63,765 bases of DNA, filler included, from Collodictyon triciliatum (GCA_043381765.1; 13 parts of 13 records of this genome joined end to end with filler, not necessarily neighbours in it), one strand, 5' to 3'; shown: positions 1 to 13,178, counted from the first letter of the whole stretch. The notes: generated by a model not told the origin, from the letters alone. A program made the numbers and translations.

Positions 1-52
<52 letters not shown>

Positions 53-297
53 AAAAAAAAACAAAAAACAAAAAACAAAAAAACAAAAAACAAAAAAACA
101 AGAAAAACAAGAAAAACAAGAAAAACAAGAAAAACAAGAAAAAAAAACATCAACAAAAATCTTGTGAAGGACGCCAAAAGCCGCCCCCGATCGTTACTCC
201 ATCGGAAGACACCTTTGACGAAAACCACTACTCCATCACCTTCGACAAGAGAACGGAATCCCGTCCGACCTCACCAACTCCAATATACAAACGAAAC

Positions 298-2885
298 ATG
301 TCTGAAAAGCACGTTCCGGGGGTTTCTTCTCCGCCTTTACCGGCAAATCGCTTGGGACATTCTCAATCCAATGCTGGACATGCATCCATGACATCTGGCC
401 AAGCATCTATTGATGCCCAATCTTCGAGTTATCCCGACACAATAGGTCGCGACCCGATGACTATGCTGAAGCGGCGGAGTTCCTTCCATGTTGCGGATAG
501 GAGAGACATGCCGAGCCTTACTCGTCCACTCGGCCCAAACGACTTCAGGCCGATTCAGCTGCTTGGTCGCGGTGATGTTGGAAAGGTCTATCTGGTCAAG
601 GAGAAGTCCAGCGGGGCGATATATGCCATGAAGATTTTGGATAAGAAGGAGCTGATAAAGAGGAAGAAAGTAACGCCATTAGCTCATACGAATTAAGGCG
701 GAGAATCATTCGATGCCATGTTTTTTTTATATAAAAAAAGTTTATACATGCCACCTTTGAGATTTAGTTGCTCATACTCAATGCCCGACTTATAAACATC
801 CTCTTTCTTTTCTTTTTCTTTTTGCATCTCTCTGTCCACTTATCAGGTGCAAAGAATTCTCACTGAAAGGCAGGTCCTGGCGACTCTGAATCATCCATTT
901 CTTGTGACTATGTACCACGCATTTCAGAGTGCCGATCGTCTGTTTTTCGTCATTTCATACTGTGCTGGAGGAGAGTTCTTTCGGCATCTTCAAAATCAAC
1001 CTAGAAAATCATTTCCTGGTTCGCTGACGCTCCGATATTTTTTCTATTGAGTCTTTTTTTTTTTTATTGCCATAAATTTACGATATACCACTAAATTATG
1101 AGGTCATACCACTTCGTATTTCATTGGAAATGAATTGATTATTTGATACAATCCCTTTGTTAAACCACAGAAAGTGTTGTGAAGTTCTACTCTGCCGAAG
1201 TCATACTTGCTTTTGAGTATCTGCACATGCAAGGAATAGCTTACAGAGGTATGCATTTTCTCTCTTTCCAAACCAAGCCTTTACGTTCGCTTGCATCTTT
1301 ATTACATTAAGAAATGCCAACAACCATGGATGCCCAAACTATGAAAATAATGTTCATACTTGGAAACTGAAGCATTTTTTTTTTAAAATTAATTATTTAA
1401 TCATGGGCTACAGATTTGAAACCTGAAAACCTGCTGTTGAACGCGGATGGGCACATCAAACTTGCAGACTTTGATTTGTCGAAGCGAATCACAGAGACTG
1501 ATTCCCAAGTGCCGAGTGTGTCATACACAAAGAAGGTCTATTTAATCCAACCTAATTTGATTTATCATGCAATATTTTCTCATCATTTGGATTGCTCAAT
1601 CAACCGCCACAAAATCCTCATTACCTGATTTAATTAACTTTTATTTTAATAAGAACAAAAAAAAACCTGATAAATTAAATATTTTTTAAATTTTTTTACT
1701 TGCCTCTTCATTCTACTAGCTGTTGGGTGGACTCTTCTCTGTTAATACCACACCCACCATGAAGCGCTCGAACTCATTCGTTGGAACAGAAGAATATATT
1801 GCGCCAGAGATTGTTCTCGGACAAGGCCATGACACAGCCGTTGATTGGTGGACACTTGGGATTCTGATATATGAAATGATGGTGAGGAATGCAAACAATT
1901 TCTATTTTATCTTTAGAGATGCGATATGCCTAAATATTATACGACATCGCCAATTCACTTATCATGCTTATCCAGAATAATATTGTGTTACATAACTATC
2001 ATTAATGATCGAAGATGACCAGACCTGAAAAACTAACCCAAAATCATTTATGGTTCCAGTGATTTAAGACTATATTTTGTTTTGTTTCCTTTTAAAAAAA
2101 AATGAACATATGATAGTTTGGCAAAACACCTTTCCGAGGAAAGGATAGAGATGAAACTTTTCAATTCATCACAAATGAGGAAGTGAGCTTTCCGCGCCTC
2201 ACTGAAGTACATTTCTCTTCGCCTTTGAAACCGCCTCTTATTATGTAATCCACACAAGGGCCCTTTATGACTTTGGACAACCACAATCCCGCAACCATAT
2301 CTTGTCTGTGATGAGTTAAAAAATCCGTTTGTGGTTTTTTTTTTTTTTACATATCCTTCTCTCATTGTGATATTAGTCGAGCCCCGAATGCAAAAGCATC
2401 ATCCGGAGACTTTTATCGAAGCAAAGCAGACGGCGCCTCGGGGGGACATTTGGTTCCTCTGAAGTGAAGGAGCACATATTCTACAAAGATATCAAATGGG
2501 CACTCATTCGCAACCTTCCGGCTCCCATCCAACCGCAGATTACAAATGCCTTGGACACAAGGTTCTCGCTTCACCTGCCTAATCTCAAAAGTCACACAAT
2601 TGTAAAATGATGTTTGTGTGTTTCGACCAGGGACGTGTGTCAACATTATTGTCAGATAGACAACATATTTCTTCATTCATACATTATTTCTTTTTGTTCA
2701 TTTTTTTTCCTTCTCTTCTTACTTTTTCAAGCAACTTTTCGACTTTCGAAGACGAAGCTCCGATTGATTTGGACCGCGAGCACCCTTTAGAGGATATTCT
2801 TGACCCTCACGGATTGTTTACTGATTTCTCATATCATAAAAAATCGACAGGAAATGCACGTATGGATGTATTCAAATATGTCTAA
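298..2885 (+). CDS. AGC-group Ser/Thr kinase of the FPK1/KIN82/nrc-2 (phototropin-kinase-like) type, about 8 exons
   Basis: Spliced GT-AG exons give [28 protein letters not shown], the diagnostic DFDLS (instead of DFG), [37 protein letters not shown] and IKWALIRN. Stop TAA at 2883-2885. The start codon is uncertain. Confidence 0.9.
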
Positions 2886-3576
2886 AACTTGACTATCACG
2901 TTGTCACTGGCGTCATATCCACACATCAATAAGGGAAGAAAAAAAATAAAAGAAAGAAAGCTTTTCTCTTTCGTTTTCTCCTAACTCGCCAAAGCCCATG
3001 ATTGGCGACATTGATTTTATGTTTATTCACGTCGTGTTACCAAATTGTAGCATCATTTCATTTGTAATAGATTCGGGTTCCTCTGCGGCTCAGAAGTCGT
3101 CAGAGACATGAGTACTGCACTTGTTTCTCCTTTGGGCCTCCACATATTACATAGCTGAAGCGCTTTATGTTCTTGCCTGAGTCTGATATCTTTTCCTTTT
3201 TTTTTCTTTTGTCACCCTTTTGTTTTGTCTCTCCCCCACCGAAAACATGTTTGCGGTGAGAAACTTAATAAAATATAACCACAACAACACAACACAACAC
3301 AACACGATAAAAACCAAAAGAAAACAAAAGAATACAGAGGGCACATATGAACAGGAGGCCGTAGATGAAATATCTTTTAGTCTTGTATTTTGTCACAATA
3401 TATTTGTTAGTTTTTCTGGCTGGTTTATTTGGTCGGTTTCTCGTCCTTACTAAATCGTACATAGCAAAATTAGATACTCGAGTGTGTGGGGGTACAAATG
3501 TTGCCAAGACATAAACCACAACGTCAAAAGTTAGATAGAAGTCGATATGATGCCAAACTAAGTATATTCTTGATTG

Positions 3577-3578
3577 GA

Positions 3579-3673
<95 letters not shown>
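3577..3673 (+). repeat. (AAAG)n microsatellite at a contig end
   Basis: Pure tetranucleotide run ending at the N gap. Confidence 0.95.
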
Positions 3674-4081
3674 NNNNNNNNNNNNNNNNNNNNNNNNNNN
3701 NNNNNNNNNNNNNNNNNNNNNNNNNNNNNNNNNNNNNNNNNNNNNNNNNNNNNNNNNNNNNNNNNNNNNNNNNNNNNNNNNNNNNNNNNNNNNNNNNNNN
3801 NNNNNNNNNNNNNNNNNNNNNNNNNNNNNNNNNNNNNNNNNNNNNNNNNNNNNNNNNNNNNNNNNNNNNNNNNNNNNNNNNNNNNNNNNNNNNNNNNNNN
3901 AAAAAAAATTACAAAAAAAAAACAAAAAAAAAAAATTAGTATTAATAGAAAATACTACGATTCAGTCTTTTTTTTTTTTTTTTTTTTTTACGTCTGGTCT
4001 GTTGAGTATAATAAGACATTATTTTTTTTTGAAAAACATGAAAGAAATAACATAAAAGAAAAGATAATTTATTTTTTTTAC

Positions 4082-6661
4082 ATCTCATGCAGACTGGGCA
4101 AAGATATCCCGATTCTACTTCCCTGTCATGACACAGACAGCGCGCATTTCCATCCAAGGTTGCTTGTGTGGGCAACTTAAATAGCCTTCGTGACTTTGCA
4201 TCGAGAGAGAAAGTCGACTGTAGCGATGTACACGACAAATATAATTAACGAACAGATGAATGAGAAAGTTAGTTAAAGCAGTCCAAGGGGGCCATTTGAA
4301 TCCAATTATAATTTTTTTTCTTTATCACATCTTTCATCCTTTGTTGTAAAATAGATGAAGGCAAATATTAGTAAGAAATTAGGCAAATCCTGTGCTGAAA
4401 GTAAAAAGAAGAAAAAAGAGCGTCACCATCAATGTGCTGAGGAGGTTGGGCGGGGAACAACGAAGGTAAATGCCTTTTGTAACAAAGGCTGCCTGTTTCA
4501 AGTAACCAGAGTCCTCTCCCATAAGGATACAAGCGTCAATCATAATTTTCTGCAATAACCGTGCAGCGAATAGCATGATATATTGAACCAGTGAACACAA
4601 TTTTAAAAAGATATACAGGAGCCAAAAGGAAAGCATAAAGATTGCACCCTATACATGGCTATTAAAAATTGCTTCGGTGCTCCTTTTTTTTTTTTTTTTT
4701 TAACAAAAAATAATAATTCTAAGTTACCTCATTCTCAGCACAAAAAATCTTATTATTAATTGAAAGATATTGTGATTTGATGTCCCTCGATGCACAAATG
4801 CACAGAATTCGGCCACCGGACTGCGGTCTGATACTTCTCACGCGGTGGATAACTGCATAATGGAAATGTTTATCATTTCGCTTATACATAATGTCAAAAT
4901 TAAAAATAACATACAAATAAATATAATATCATCTAACGGGATTGACATTATTTTTCTTGTTTTTTTTTCCTCGTTTGATTTGTCAAAAGGGAATTGACTT
5001 TCCACTTAAATATTTAAATAAAACATGATTATGTATTGAAAAATCATAATTACAACATAATCCAAGCCCAAATGCAGACGACAGGGTGCTGTTATTCTCT
5101 TGAAGTTCTTGGGTATTTTCTGTTCCAGTTGATGGCCGAAAATTTAACATTAATAAGGTTAACATATTGTCACGCAGTAACAAACAATCGCCGCTTGGGA
5201 ACAACTTGGGTGATTGCTATCGAGANNNNNNNNNNNNNNNNNNNNNNNNNNNNNNNNNNNNNNNNNNNNNNNNNNNNNNNNNNNNNNNNNNNNNNNNNNN
5301 NNNNNNNNNNNNNNNNNNNNNNNNNNNNNNNNNNNNTTTTTGGAAATGCAACTTACGAACTTCCATTTGATTGACGAGACGTTTTTTGATTCCCTGACAT
5401 ATTTGGGATATGGAACTGGACAAGATATCTGTATGACGCATGATTTTCTTTCTTCTTCTAGACTTGGTTTCGCCCTCAACATATTCCTCGACCTCGTCAT
5501 CCAGTGAAGTATATACAATATTGCTACAAAAATAAAGAGAGATATTAGGGAATTAATTAATACTTGACACACTAAATTCCTTAACAAAAAGGGCTTTTTT
5601 TTTTAATCATATCAATATTGAATAAAATGTAATTTTTGTACTTAAGCGGTGGTTATGGTAAACATATAATATCGATTTAGAAATATGAAGATTCGGCGGT
5701 TCATTAACCGGTAGGTACCTTCCCTGCGGCTGGTTTAGGATAAATGATAGATGGTTATATTGGTTCAGCAGCAGATGCGTTCGTACAAAAGTCATCATAC
5801 AATTAAGGATATCATCGGCATCATGTGGATTCTGCCTAAGAATCATCTCCCAGTAACCCGGATTCATATCAAAAATCAACGAGAGAGCACACCCACCTAC
5901 CGGAATATACTTTAACTTGACTGAGATTGAAGTAAAGGAAAAACCGAAGAACTGTTACAGAATTATATCTTTGTCGTATAATGTAGTTATCATTTGCTTC
6001 TCTCTTTTTTTGTATGTTTGAAAAGAGCATAACCGGTAGACAAAGACGGCTATGTTGGTTATTATTCTCAAATTCATACATACATACATACATACATACA
6101 TACATACATACATACATACATACATACATACATACATACATACATACATACATACATACATACATACATACATTCATACACAAAAAATTTTAAAAGAGAG
6201 AAAATTTTCTATAGTAGATAAATAAATTAATCGATAGATAGATAGATAGATAGATAGAGCATTCTACATTTGTCAAATAAAAGAAGCAAACCCGACTCAT
6301 CCACAACAGAATCGCGAGCCCTTGCACCGTCCCCGGACAAAGCCAGCGGCAGAGACGAAGACAAAGACGTGGACATAGATGTGGGCGGCGGCGGCGCAAC
6401 CTTTGCGAGTCTTTTGCGATAAGAACTCTCCACGACGTGCTTTTCAAGGGCCTGTGAAGCATCGCCGCCGTTTGCTACGACTCCGACTCCGACTCCGGCT
6501 GCGTCTGCCACTTCGAGTGCGGCTGCGTTCTGGTCGGAGGCGCTAGAGCCGGGCGGCGAAGCCATTCCGGTTGCATCAGAAGCCGATCCCCGCGGCGCGC
6601 GCGTCGAACCCGTCCAGGCTTTGCTTCTTTGTGTACGACCTCGGCCTCTGCCTCCGTCCAT
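4082..6661 (-). CDS. GTF2H3: TFIIH subunit p34 (Tfb4/GTF2H3), multi-exon, last exon(s) missing
   Basis: Exons give [81 protein letters not shown] and [20 protein letters not shown]. This is the Tfb4 vWA domain plus the start of the C-terminal Zn finger. Confidence 0.88.
6076..6180 (+). repeat. (TACA)n microsatellite in Tfb4 intron 1
   Basis: Directly visible tandem run. Confidence 0.95.
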
Positions 6662-7539
6662 GCGGTGTCTGTGAGCGGGGCTCTTGTTGCTTTTCTCCTT
6701 CTGTTGTCTGTTTATGAGGGCTTACTAATTGTGTTATGTTGTTTTGTTTTGTTGATTTTCTTGTATGTATTCATTTCGTTGGTTGAGGTGTGTTGAGAAA
6801 CAGATATTTTTCTGACCAGAGACATGATGGGAAGGTCGTTTCATAAATAAACGAATAAATACACAAGTGTATGAATAAGAAAAACAGTAGAAAAAGAAGT
6901 AGAAAAAGTAGAAAAAGAAGGGAATCAAGTCGAATCGGAGCCAGGTATTTCGTGTGGTTTGGGAATGTTGGACGGATGGCGAGAGGGCGCCTTTTTGTGT
7001 GGGTGATTGAGTGATCGACTTGCCCAGCGTGAGAACGAAGTGAATTTTGTTAAGGGTATAAATACAAAGCCGTGTTTACAATCTTGGAAATTACATTCAT
7101 ATACCTTTTATTTTGTCAATAGCGCCCTTTTTGACTCCAAAATGTGTATATCTATTATCAATATAGGTAAAATTCTATTCGATATCCCCGCTTCACCAGA
7201 GTCGATTGGTCGGGCTATAACATCTCTTCCTATACGCAGCAAAATTGCCTGTTTTCCTTTGGTTCGTCGAGAGGTCAATCAGATGGCTGTAAAAGTCTTG
7301 GAGCAGTCTTTCCGATTATTTTTTTTTTTATATATAGTTGATTCCTAGCAAGACCTCTCCCATAATATTTTCTGAATTGATAGAGTTTACGTATCTTTGC
7401 AGAGATAAAGTTTCTTTCTCGCTTGAGAGTGAGATTCTTAAATTCAAGCACTTTCCTCTGGTTGTTTACTGATTATCAAATCCATCGCCTTTTATTTGAA
7501 ACATAAATGATACCAAAAAGCACATTTTGCACACATATT

Positions 7540-8490
7540 AGTTTTTAATGGGTGTCCGCCAGCCGCAAATAACGAACGAAAAGCAAAAGCTGCGCAAAAG
7601 AATACACCTGCCAAGCAGACAAGCAGCAACGGGGTCAAGGAAGCCAAGGCCAGGCAACAACAGAGTCTGCAAGACTCACAGCAGATACGCACATACAGCG
7701 ACAGCGACGATGACATGGAAGGAAATCTCGGTGCCTCTTCATAATCTTCGCACTCAAGCCCTCCACCGCCAATACTGGACAAGCCCGTACATCGCAAGAC
7801 CCAAGAGCAGCGCATCTCCAAATCCCGAAAGAAATCCCTCTTAAACTACCCATTCAGACTGACGTGAATATGGTCAACATAGGAGGCCTCAAGGCAGTCT
7901 TCGTTACGTATCCGAAAGGATACTCCAAAGTGAAGGCAACAAAGGAATCAGCGCCCACCAAAGATAGTCCGTTTATCCAGCCCCAGCCCGTCGCACCGAG
8001 AACCAAGGAGCAAGAGCAAATAGCACAAGTCGAATCCAAGCTTAGAACTTCATACACCAATGACAGTCCGAGCAAGCAGGAGCGTATGTTTCTAAAACCA
8101 CAAACGCATATCCATACTCCGGTTAGGCGATGTCCACTGCCAAATACGCATGGTTCCGAAACCAGGGGACGGTCAAGCGCCACTTCCGTGAATACCAGAC
8201 AAACAACGATGCATCACTTTTTATTCTGAGTCTTCCAGCAAGAAACGCAAGGAAAGTGACCCGTTGTCCCCTCAAAAGACTCATCCAGTGGAATGAAATA
8301 GGATGTAAACCATGTCTGAGATAGATGGTTGAAAGGACTCGCCAGAATCGATTTTCGAAGTAACTGCCATGTGCGTACTTTCATTGACCCGACAACTTCA
8401 TCTGCTCTTCTGCCAGTCTCGAATACAATCAGAAATCGCGTTGGAGCTGATTCACCTCGGGTAGAATGGTCTGCGTTTGAGAACACTTTC
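7540..8490 (+). pseudogene. Disrupted coding-like sequence of unknown origin
   Basis: A protein-like frame (AQKNTPAKQTSSNGVKEAKARQQQ..SDSDDDMEGNLGASS*SSHSSPPPPILDKP) is interrupted by TAA and then appears to continue in another frame (7864-8229). No domain recognised. Confidence 0.3.
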
Positions 8491-8557
8491 TCTCTTATCT
8501 ATTTTCTTTTTCTTTTTCCTTTTCTTTTTCTTTCCACCCAAAACACAAAATCTCCAA

Positions 8558-8657
8558 NNNNNNNNNNNNNNNNNNNNNNNNNNNNNNNNNNNNNNNNNNN
8601 NTTAATTAATTAANNNNNNNNNNNNNNNNNNNNNNNNNNNNNNNNNNNNNNNNNNNN
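8558..8657. other. Artificial scaffold linker (44 N + TTAATTAATTAA + 44 N)
   Basis: The identical 12-mer, with stops in all six frames, occurs at 8602, 13362, 18117, 22871, 27622, 32375, 37128, 41879, 46629, 51378, 56124 and 60870. The intervening scaffolds are all about 4646-4660 bp. Confidence 0.97.
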
Positions 8658-8898
8658 GAGTTGAAATAGACGACTGCTCAACAGAGACTCTGAATAAGCT
8701 TCGCATGGGGTAAGCATGAGCTCGTTATGGACTTTTGTAATATATTTCCTGTAGCGCGCTTTGATGGACGAAAGTAAAATCATGCACATATCTATTTACA
8801 TGTCGCTAATTCATGTTTAATACATGGCTCCGGCGCCGACGTCTGGTACAAAAGCGACTTTGATATTCGATAAGGCCTTTTAAATTGCTTCGGAAGCC
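8658..8898 (+). repeat. Near-identical copy of 11330-11572 (3' end and 3' flank of a paralog of the 10126-11385 gene)
   Basis: GAGTTGAAATAGACGACTGCTC...GCTTCGGAAGCC matches 11330-11572 with a few substitutions and one small indel. It includes the VEIDDCSTETLNKLRMG* C-terminus. Confidence 0.92.
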
Positions 8899-9929
8899 CA
8901 GTCTACAACGATGGTTATGATCCTGGGACGACCTTCATGATGTCATTTTCTTCTCTATACTTATTCTTTTCAAACAAAATTTAATCAGAATGAAACATTG
9001 ATTTCTTTTGTGAACTCCAGTCCAAAATTAGTCCAAAAATAAACTTATTTAAAATCATGCACGATGTTATCCCTAAAAACGAGTACTTATCAGCTGCCAA
9101 GCTGATCAGTAGCATATGCGCAAAAAAAGACTAACAAACCTAGGTCAAAACTCCCCATTTTGTTGCAATCTAAAGGAAATGGAATAAATTAATGCCATGC
9201 AATATAGTGCAAGGGATCAAATCAGCGATATGTTTTTATGATTAAAAATATCATGTCAGTTATTTGTGTCATCAGCGATTAGCGAGCAGTAATCATCTCA
9301 TTTGGTTTTTTTTCATTTAGTGGATTCAAACTCTTTGTTATAATGCCTAGTTGTATTTGTCATCACACTAATATCCTTTTATAAACATAACAATTTCGTA
9401 AGTTCCCTATTTGGTCCGTACACACAAGCATGTCTATTTATCAGTTGTTTCCGTCTTGTTCATTCAGTTTGCTTTTGCCCAAATCATTGAAATCAATCTA
9501 AATTGTGCAAGTAAAAAAAAAAAAAAAAAACAATTCAATATACACCCACGGTCATCTCGCGGTTACCTGTTTCAGTTCTAAAATTAACTTAGTAGTGTGA
9601 GTATGTGACTGATACGCCTATTACACACGAATTTCCACGGGTATCACAAGGTATTGGTGAACTGTGATAGATGTGATATAAGTTTGTGAAAATAATATAT
9701 GACCTACATTGTGCCAAAAGGAGTCTACACTATACAATAGGTGTGAAAAAAAAAGCACGGCGGTTTTTGTTTTTGTATTATGTAATCATATCCTTTGAAG
9801 CAAGGAAAAACCAAGCTTGATAAAAAGAGGAATTGCATGTCATCTTCCTGTTAAACTATATCTTTGTCCCACTTCTACGGTACAGTACGGTGATTTTTTA
9901 CATACCAGCATCCACCACCCAAAAAAAAA

Positions 9930-9985
9930 AAAGTGGGCGTGCTGCTTATTTTTCCCTTTATTCGGTTCAAAGTGGGCGTGCAGCT
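9930..9985 (+). promoter_or_regulatory. Duplicated AAAGTGGGCGTGCWGCT motif upstream of the glycosyltransferase-like gene
   Basis: Two copies starting at 9930 and 9969 (39 bp apart) in otherwise AT-rich upstream DNA. The core is GC-box/KLF-like. Confidence 0.4.
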
Positions 9986-10125
9986 CAATTCACATTTACT
10001 CGTAGGGTCAATACAAAAAAGAAGTCATTGATTGTAAACCGCTATAACAAACGAGCAATCGTCTGACCATGGCTTTGTTTTTCAAATGCTTGTAGTGGAT
10101 TCGTCTTTTGCAAAGGTGACTGTGC

Positions 10126-11385
10126 ATGGCCGATTCAAATCAGTTCATAATTGAGTCGCTTGCTCTAATTTTACCAGCAGCAATATTTATTGCCGCAGTT
10201 TTCCAACCTTGTCTAATTTCCTATCGTCATCCATATTGCACCGGCCCCGCCGAATATCTTGAATATGGATCTCCTAGTCTCACATCTTGTTTAAACATGA
10301 CCAAAACACAGAGAATGAAAAACTTTCGGTTCTTGTCTTTTCTGGTCGCTCTGTGCTTGCTGCCTGCTTTCTCGGTTCCAATACATCCGGACGCGCCCCT
10401 GCCTCCCTCCCATGCCTCGGCCTCGGTCTCTGCTTCGCATCACAGTCTCTCCCTCCCGCAAGACCCTCTGATTCCCCCGAACGATAATCTGGATCCCCTT
10501 AGAAACAGTACCTCCCACTTATTCATCATAGACAGTCCTTGTCCGCTCGACCAGTCTAACCAAAGACCGCATGCTGCTCACGGAAGATACAACAATTATC
10601 CAAAGCCCCGTATAGCAGTGTGTATCTATGGTCTCATCCCTCGCTCTCTTCGATTCACCTACAAGTCCATCCGCAAGAATGTCATAGAGTCTCTTCAGTC
10701 CGAGGGATATGACGTTGATTTGTTTGGCCATACATACCACGCGCTCAAGCTATCCAATCAGCGCTCTCATGAACATGATGTGAGCCTAACAGATGACTCT
10801 CTGCACTTATTGAACTATACCAGGCTTGCAAGGCATAAACAAAACAGTGTGGACCCATTCCTTAATTTTCGAGTCTATGAGGGGTTTGGATCTGCATGGC
10901 AAGATGAAGGACCTGGGTTTTCATCCTTACACAACCTTCTGCGACAATTGTACTCATTGGAAAGGTCATGGACTATCATGTATGACTACTCGGTATCGTG
11001 CGGAATCAGATACCATGCGGTCGTACTGCTTCGGCCAGACTGCTACTACGAGTCACCCATATCGGTCCAAGGACTCATCATGCAGCCGTACATTGTGCAT
11101 ATTCCAAATTACTCGCAAGGCCAAAGCTACAACGACCGGTTCTCGATATCTTCCATGGAGGGGTCAGGAGTCATGGCCCGTCGGATACACTCTGCGCACT
11201 CGTACTGTATCTATGGGAACAAGAGGCGACCGCTACACTCCGAGTCTCTTGTCTATTTTCATCTCCATATGAATAATGTAATTCCTTTATTTTATCGTAT
11301 CAAATTTTGTCGAGTTCGAGCGAATGGAGGAGTTGAAATAGACGACTGCTCAACAGAGACTCTGAATAAGCTTCGCATGGGGTAA
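10126..11385 (+). CDS. Intronless secreted or Golgi glycosyltransferase-like protein
   Basis: 419-aa ORF. The likely start is 10297 or 10315 (MKNFRFLSFLVALCLLPAFS, signal-like), followed by a Pro/Ser stem. It then reads RIAVCIYGLIPRS, DVDLFGHTY, QLYSLERSW, YHAVVLLRPD, VHIP..YNDRF and LHSE, the motif order of an uncharacterised GT-like family. Confidence 0.7.
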   Translation: MADSNQFIIESLALILPAAIFIAAVFQPCLISYRHPYCTGPAEYLEYGSPSLTSCLNMTKTQRMKNFRFLSFLVALCLLPAFSVPIHPDAPLPPSHASASVSASHHSLSLPQDPLIPPNDNLDPLRNSTSHLFIIDSPCPLDQSNQRPHAAHGRYNNYPKPRIAVCIYGLIPRSLRFTYKSIRKNVIESLQSEGYDVDLFGHTYHALKLSNQRSHEHDVSLTDDSLHLLNYTRLARHKQNSVDPFLNFRVYEGFGSAWQDEGPGFSSLHNLLRQLYSLERSWTIMYDYSVSCGIRYHAVVLLRPDCYYESPISVQGLIMQPYIVHIPNYSQGQSYNDRFSISSMEGSGVMARRIHSAHSYCIYGNKRRPLHSESLVYFHLHMNNVIPLFYRIKFCRVRANGGVEIDDCSTETLNKLRMG

Positions 11386-12720
11386 GCATGAGCTCGTTAT
11401 GGACTTTTGTAATATATTTCCTGTAGCGTGCTTTGATGGACGAAAGTAAAATCATGCACATATCTATTTACATGTCGCTAATTCATGTTTAATACATGGC
11501 TCCGGCGCCGACGTCCGGTACAAAAGCGACTTTGATATTCGATAAGGCCTTTTAAATTTTGCTTCGGAAGCCAATCGGCTGCTAAGTTCGTGTCACAAAG
11601 TTGACCGATGTAATAAATCTGGCTCTGGCCATTCCTGCTATGGAAATCCTTTCTTTCTGTATCTCAAGTAATATTTTTGTATTTACTCCTTCTATCGACC
11701 CAGACTTGAATATATATTACCCTGTCTCGAAAAGTGATGTGATTCATTGTCAAGATACCTGACAAAACCACATTTTGGGTCTGATGAAAATGAGAACCAG
11801 AATGCTTTCACGTGTAACCTTCGCTTGCCAGCCGCCTGGTGTTGTATCGGGCCCATAATACATTATGACCCACGACTCTAGAATGCTCTGACAGTTACAA
11901 GGGGACATATGCTGTGGTCCTTATGGAGTGTGCGTGCATTCTCTAGCTCCAATGATTCACCCGAACGAGAAATCAATGTATCCAGGCTTGAGAGCCTCGT
12001 ACAATACAGCTTCTTGACCAGTTTGCCGAAGCCACGCCCACATTCTTTGCCGCTCTGACCGCAAGCGAAGAGAGATGCGGGAATGTGTCGTGCGATATCT
12101 CCCACAGCACATCCAATCCCTTTACCTACGCAACCAATCAACCAGCTTGAACGCCCATCTGACCAACTCGCTATCACTGATTTCTTTCCAGTGCTAGCCT
12201 CTCCGCGGTAGTGTCTTCACTTACTCGCGTCTGCTCTCTACCATATGCACCTATCTCGCCCCTTTGTATGGATTTGATTTACCTATTTGCACTTTGAATC
12301 GAAAAAAGGGAGAAATATTTACATAAATAGTAATACTGAATATTCATTTTTAACCTAAAGCTATTGTTCTTTTTCTTTCCTTTTTTTTTTCTCTGGCGGC
12401 TTCATAGAAAAACAAACGCACTTTTTCGTTGTTCAAGTTTTCAAATCGGAGAGGTAAACATTTATTTTAGTTTGTCTGGTTCGTTGATGGAATTTCTCAT
12501 CGACAAGTTTAGATGCGCAGCTTATGAGAAATGAAAAATATAGTGATAAACTTCACTAAAAGGTATAGAGAAAAAAAATCGGCCGTTTAGAAGAAAGGAT
12601 AATGTGAAATGAAAAAGAAACATAATTCCGGATTGTATTTTTTTTTAAAAATAATAATAATAATAATAATAATTGTTCGTTGATTCATTTCCTATCTTGC
12701 AAAAACAGCTAACAGCAAAG

Positions 12721-13178
12721 TTATTCCGTGTGCTCCCTCTTTGGCTTCAAGGCCAGCAGGTTGCCAGAGACGACGAAGTAAGCCCCGGAGAAGAGGCCGA
12801 GGACAACTGTCCCGTAGAAAGGGCACCCACCCAAAATCCACTTGGTCAAGCTAGGAGTGTATATATGAGAAGAGCTCCTCAATTTGAATCATTTATAGTA
12901 TCCATTTTCTCCCCTCTATCTCTCGCTTTTTTCTGCTAAATATAGATTATCTCTGCAAGTAAAATACTTGAGAGAATAGTGCCCCAGTGAAGCATATTTG
13001 TAAATAACAAAAAAAAAAAAATTGATGATTCTCGATTCAATTGTCAGTTCACAAACCTGGCGAGGAACGGGACGCATGCAAACCCATAGAGGGCTGCGTT
13101 GAGTGTAGGAAGATATGTTTTGTCGAAGGATGTGCGGCCAGAGAGCCACACAAGACGAGCCAGGGAAATAAAAGCGAC
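12721..13178 (-). CDS. 3' two exons of an unknown membrane protein
   Basis: Exons 13178-13057 and 12851-12721 with GT-AG junctions give VAFISLARLVWLSG..LYGFACVPFLASLTKWILGGCPFYGTVVLGLFSGAYFVVSGNLLALKPKREHTE*. Confidence 0.5.

Noticed and set aside
298-2885. Phototropin
   Set aside because: The kinase domain is of that type, but no LOV domain (NCRFLQ) is visible; the FPK1/nrc-2 type fits better.
7738-7746. In-frame TAA (and a TGA near 27290) as evidence of a reassigned genetic code
   Set aside because: Conserved genes have no internal stops and end in TAA, TAG or TGA, so the standard code fits.
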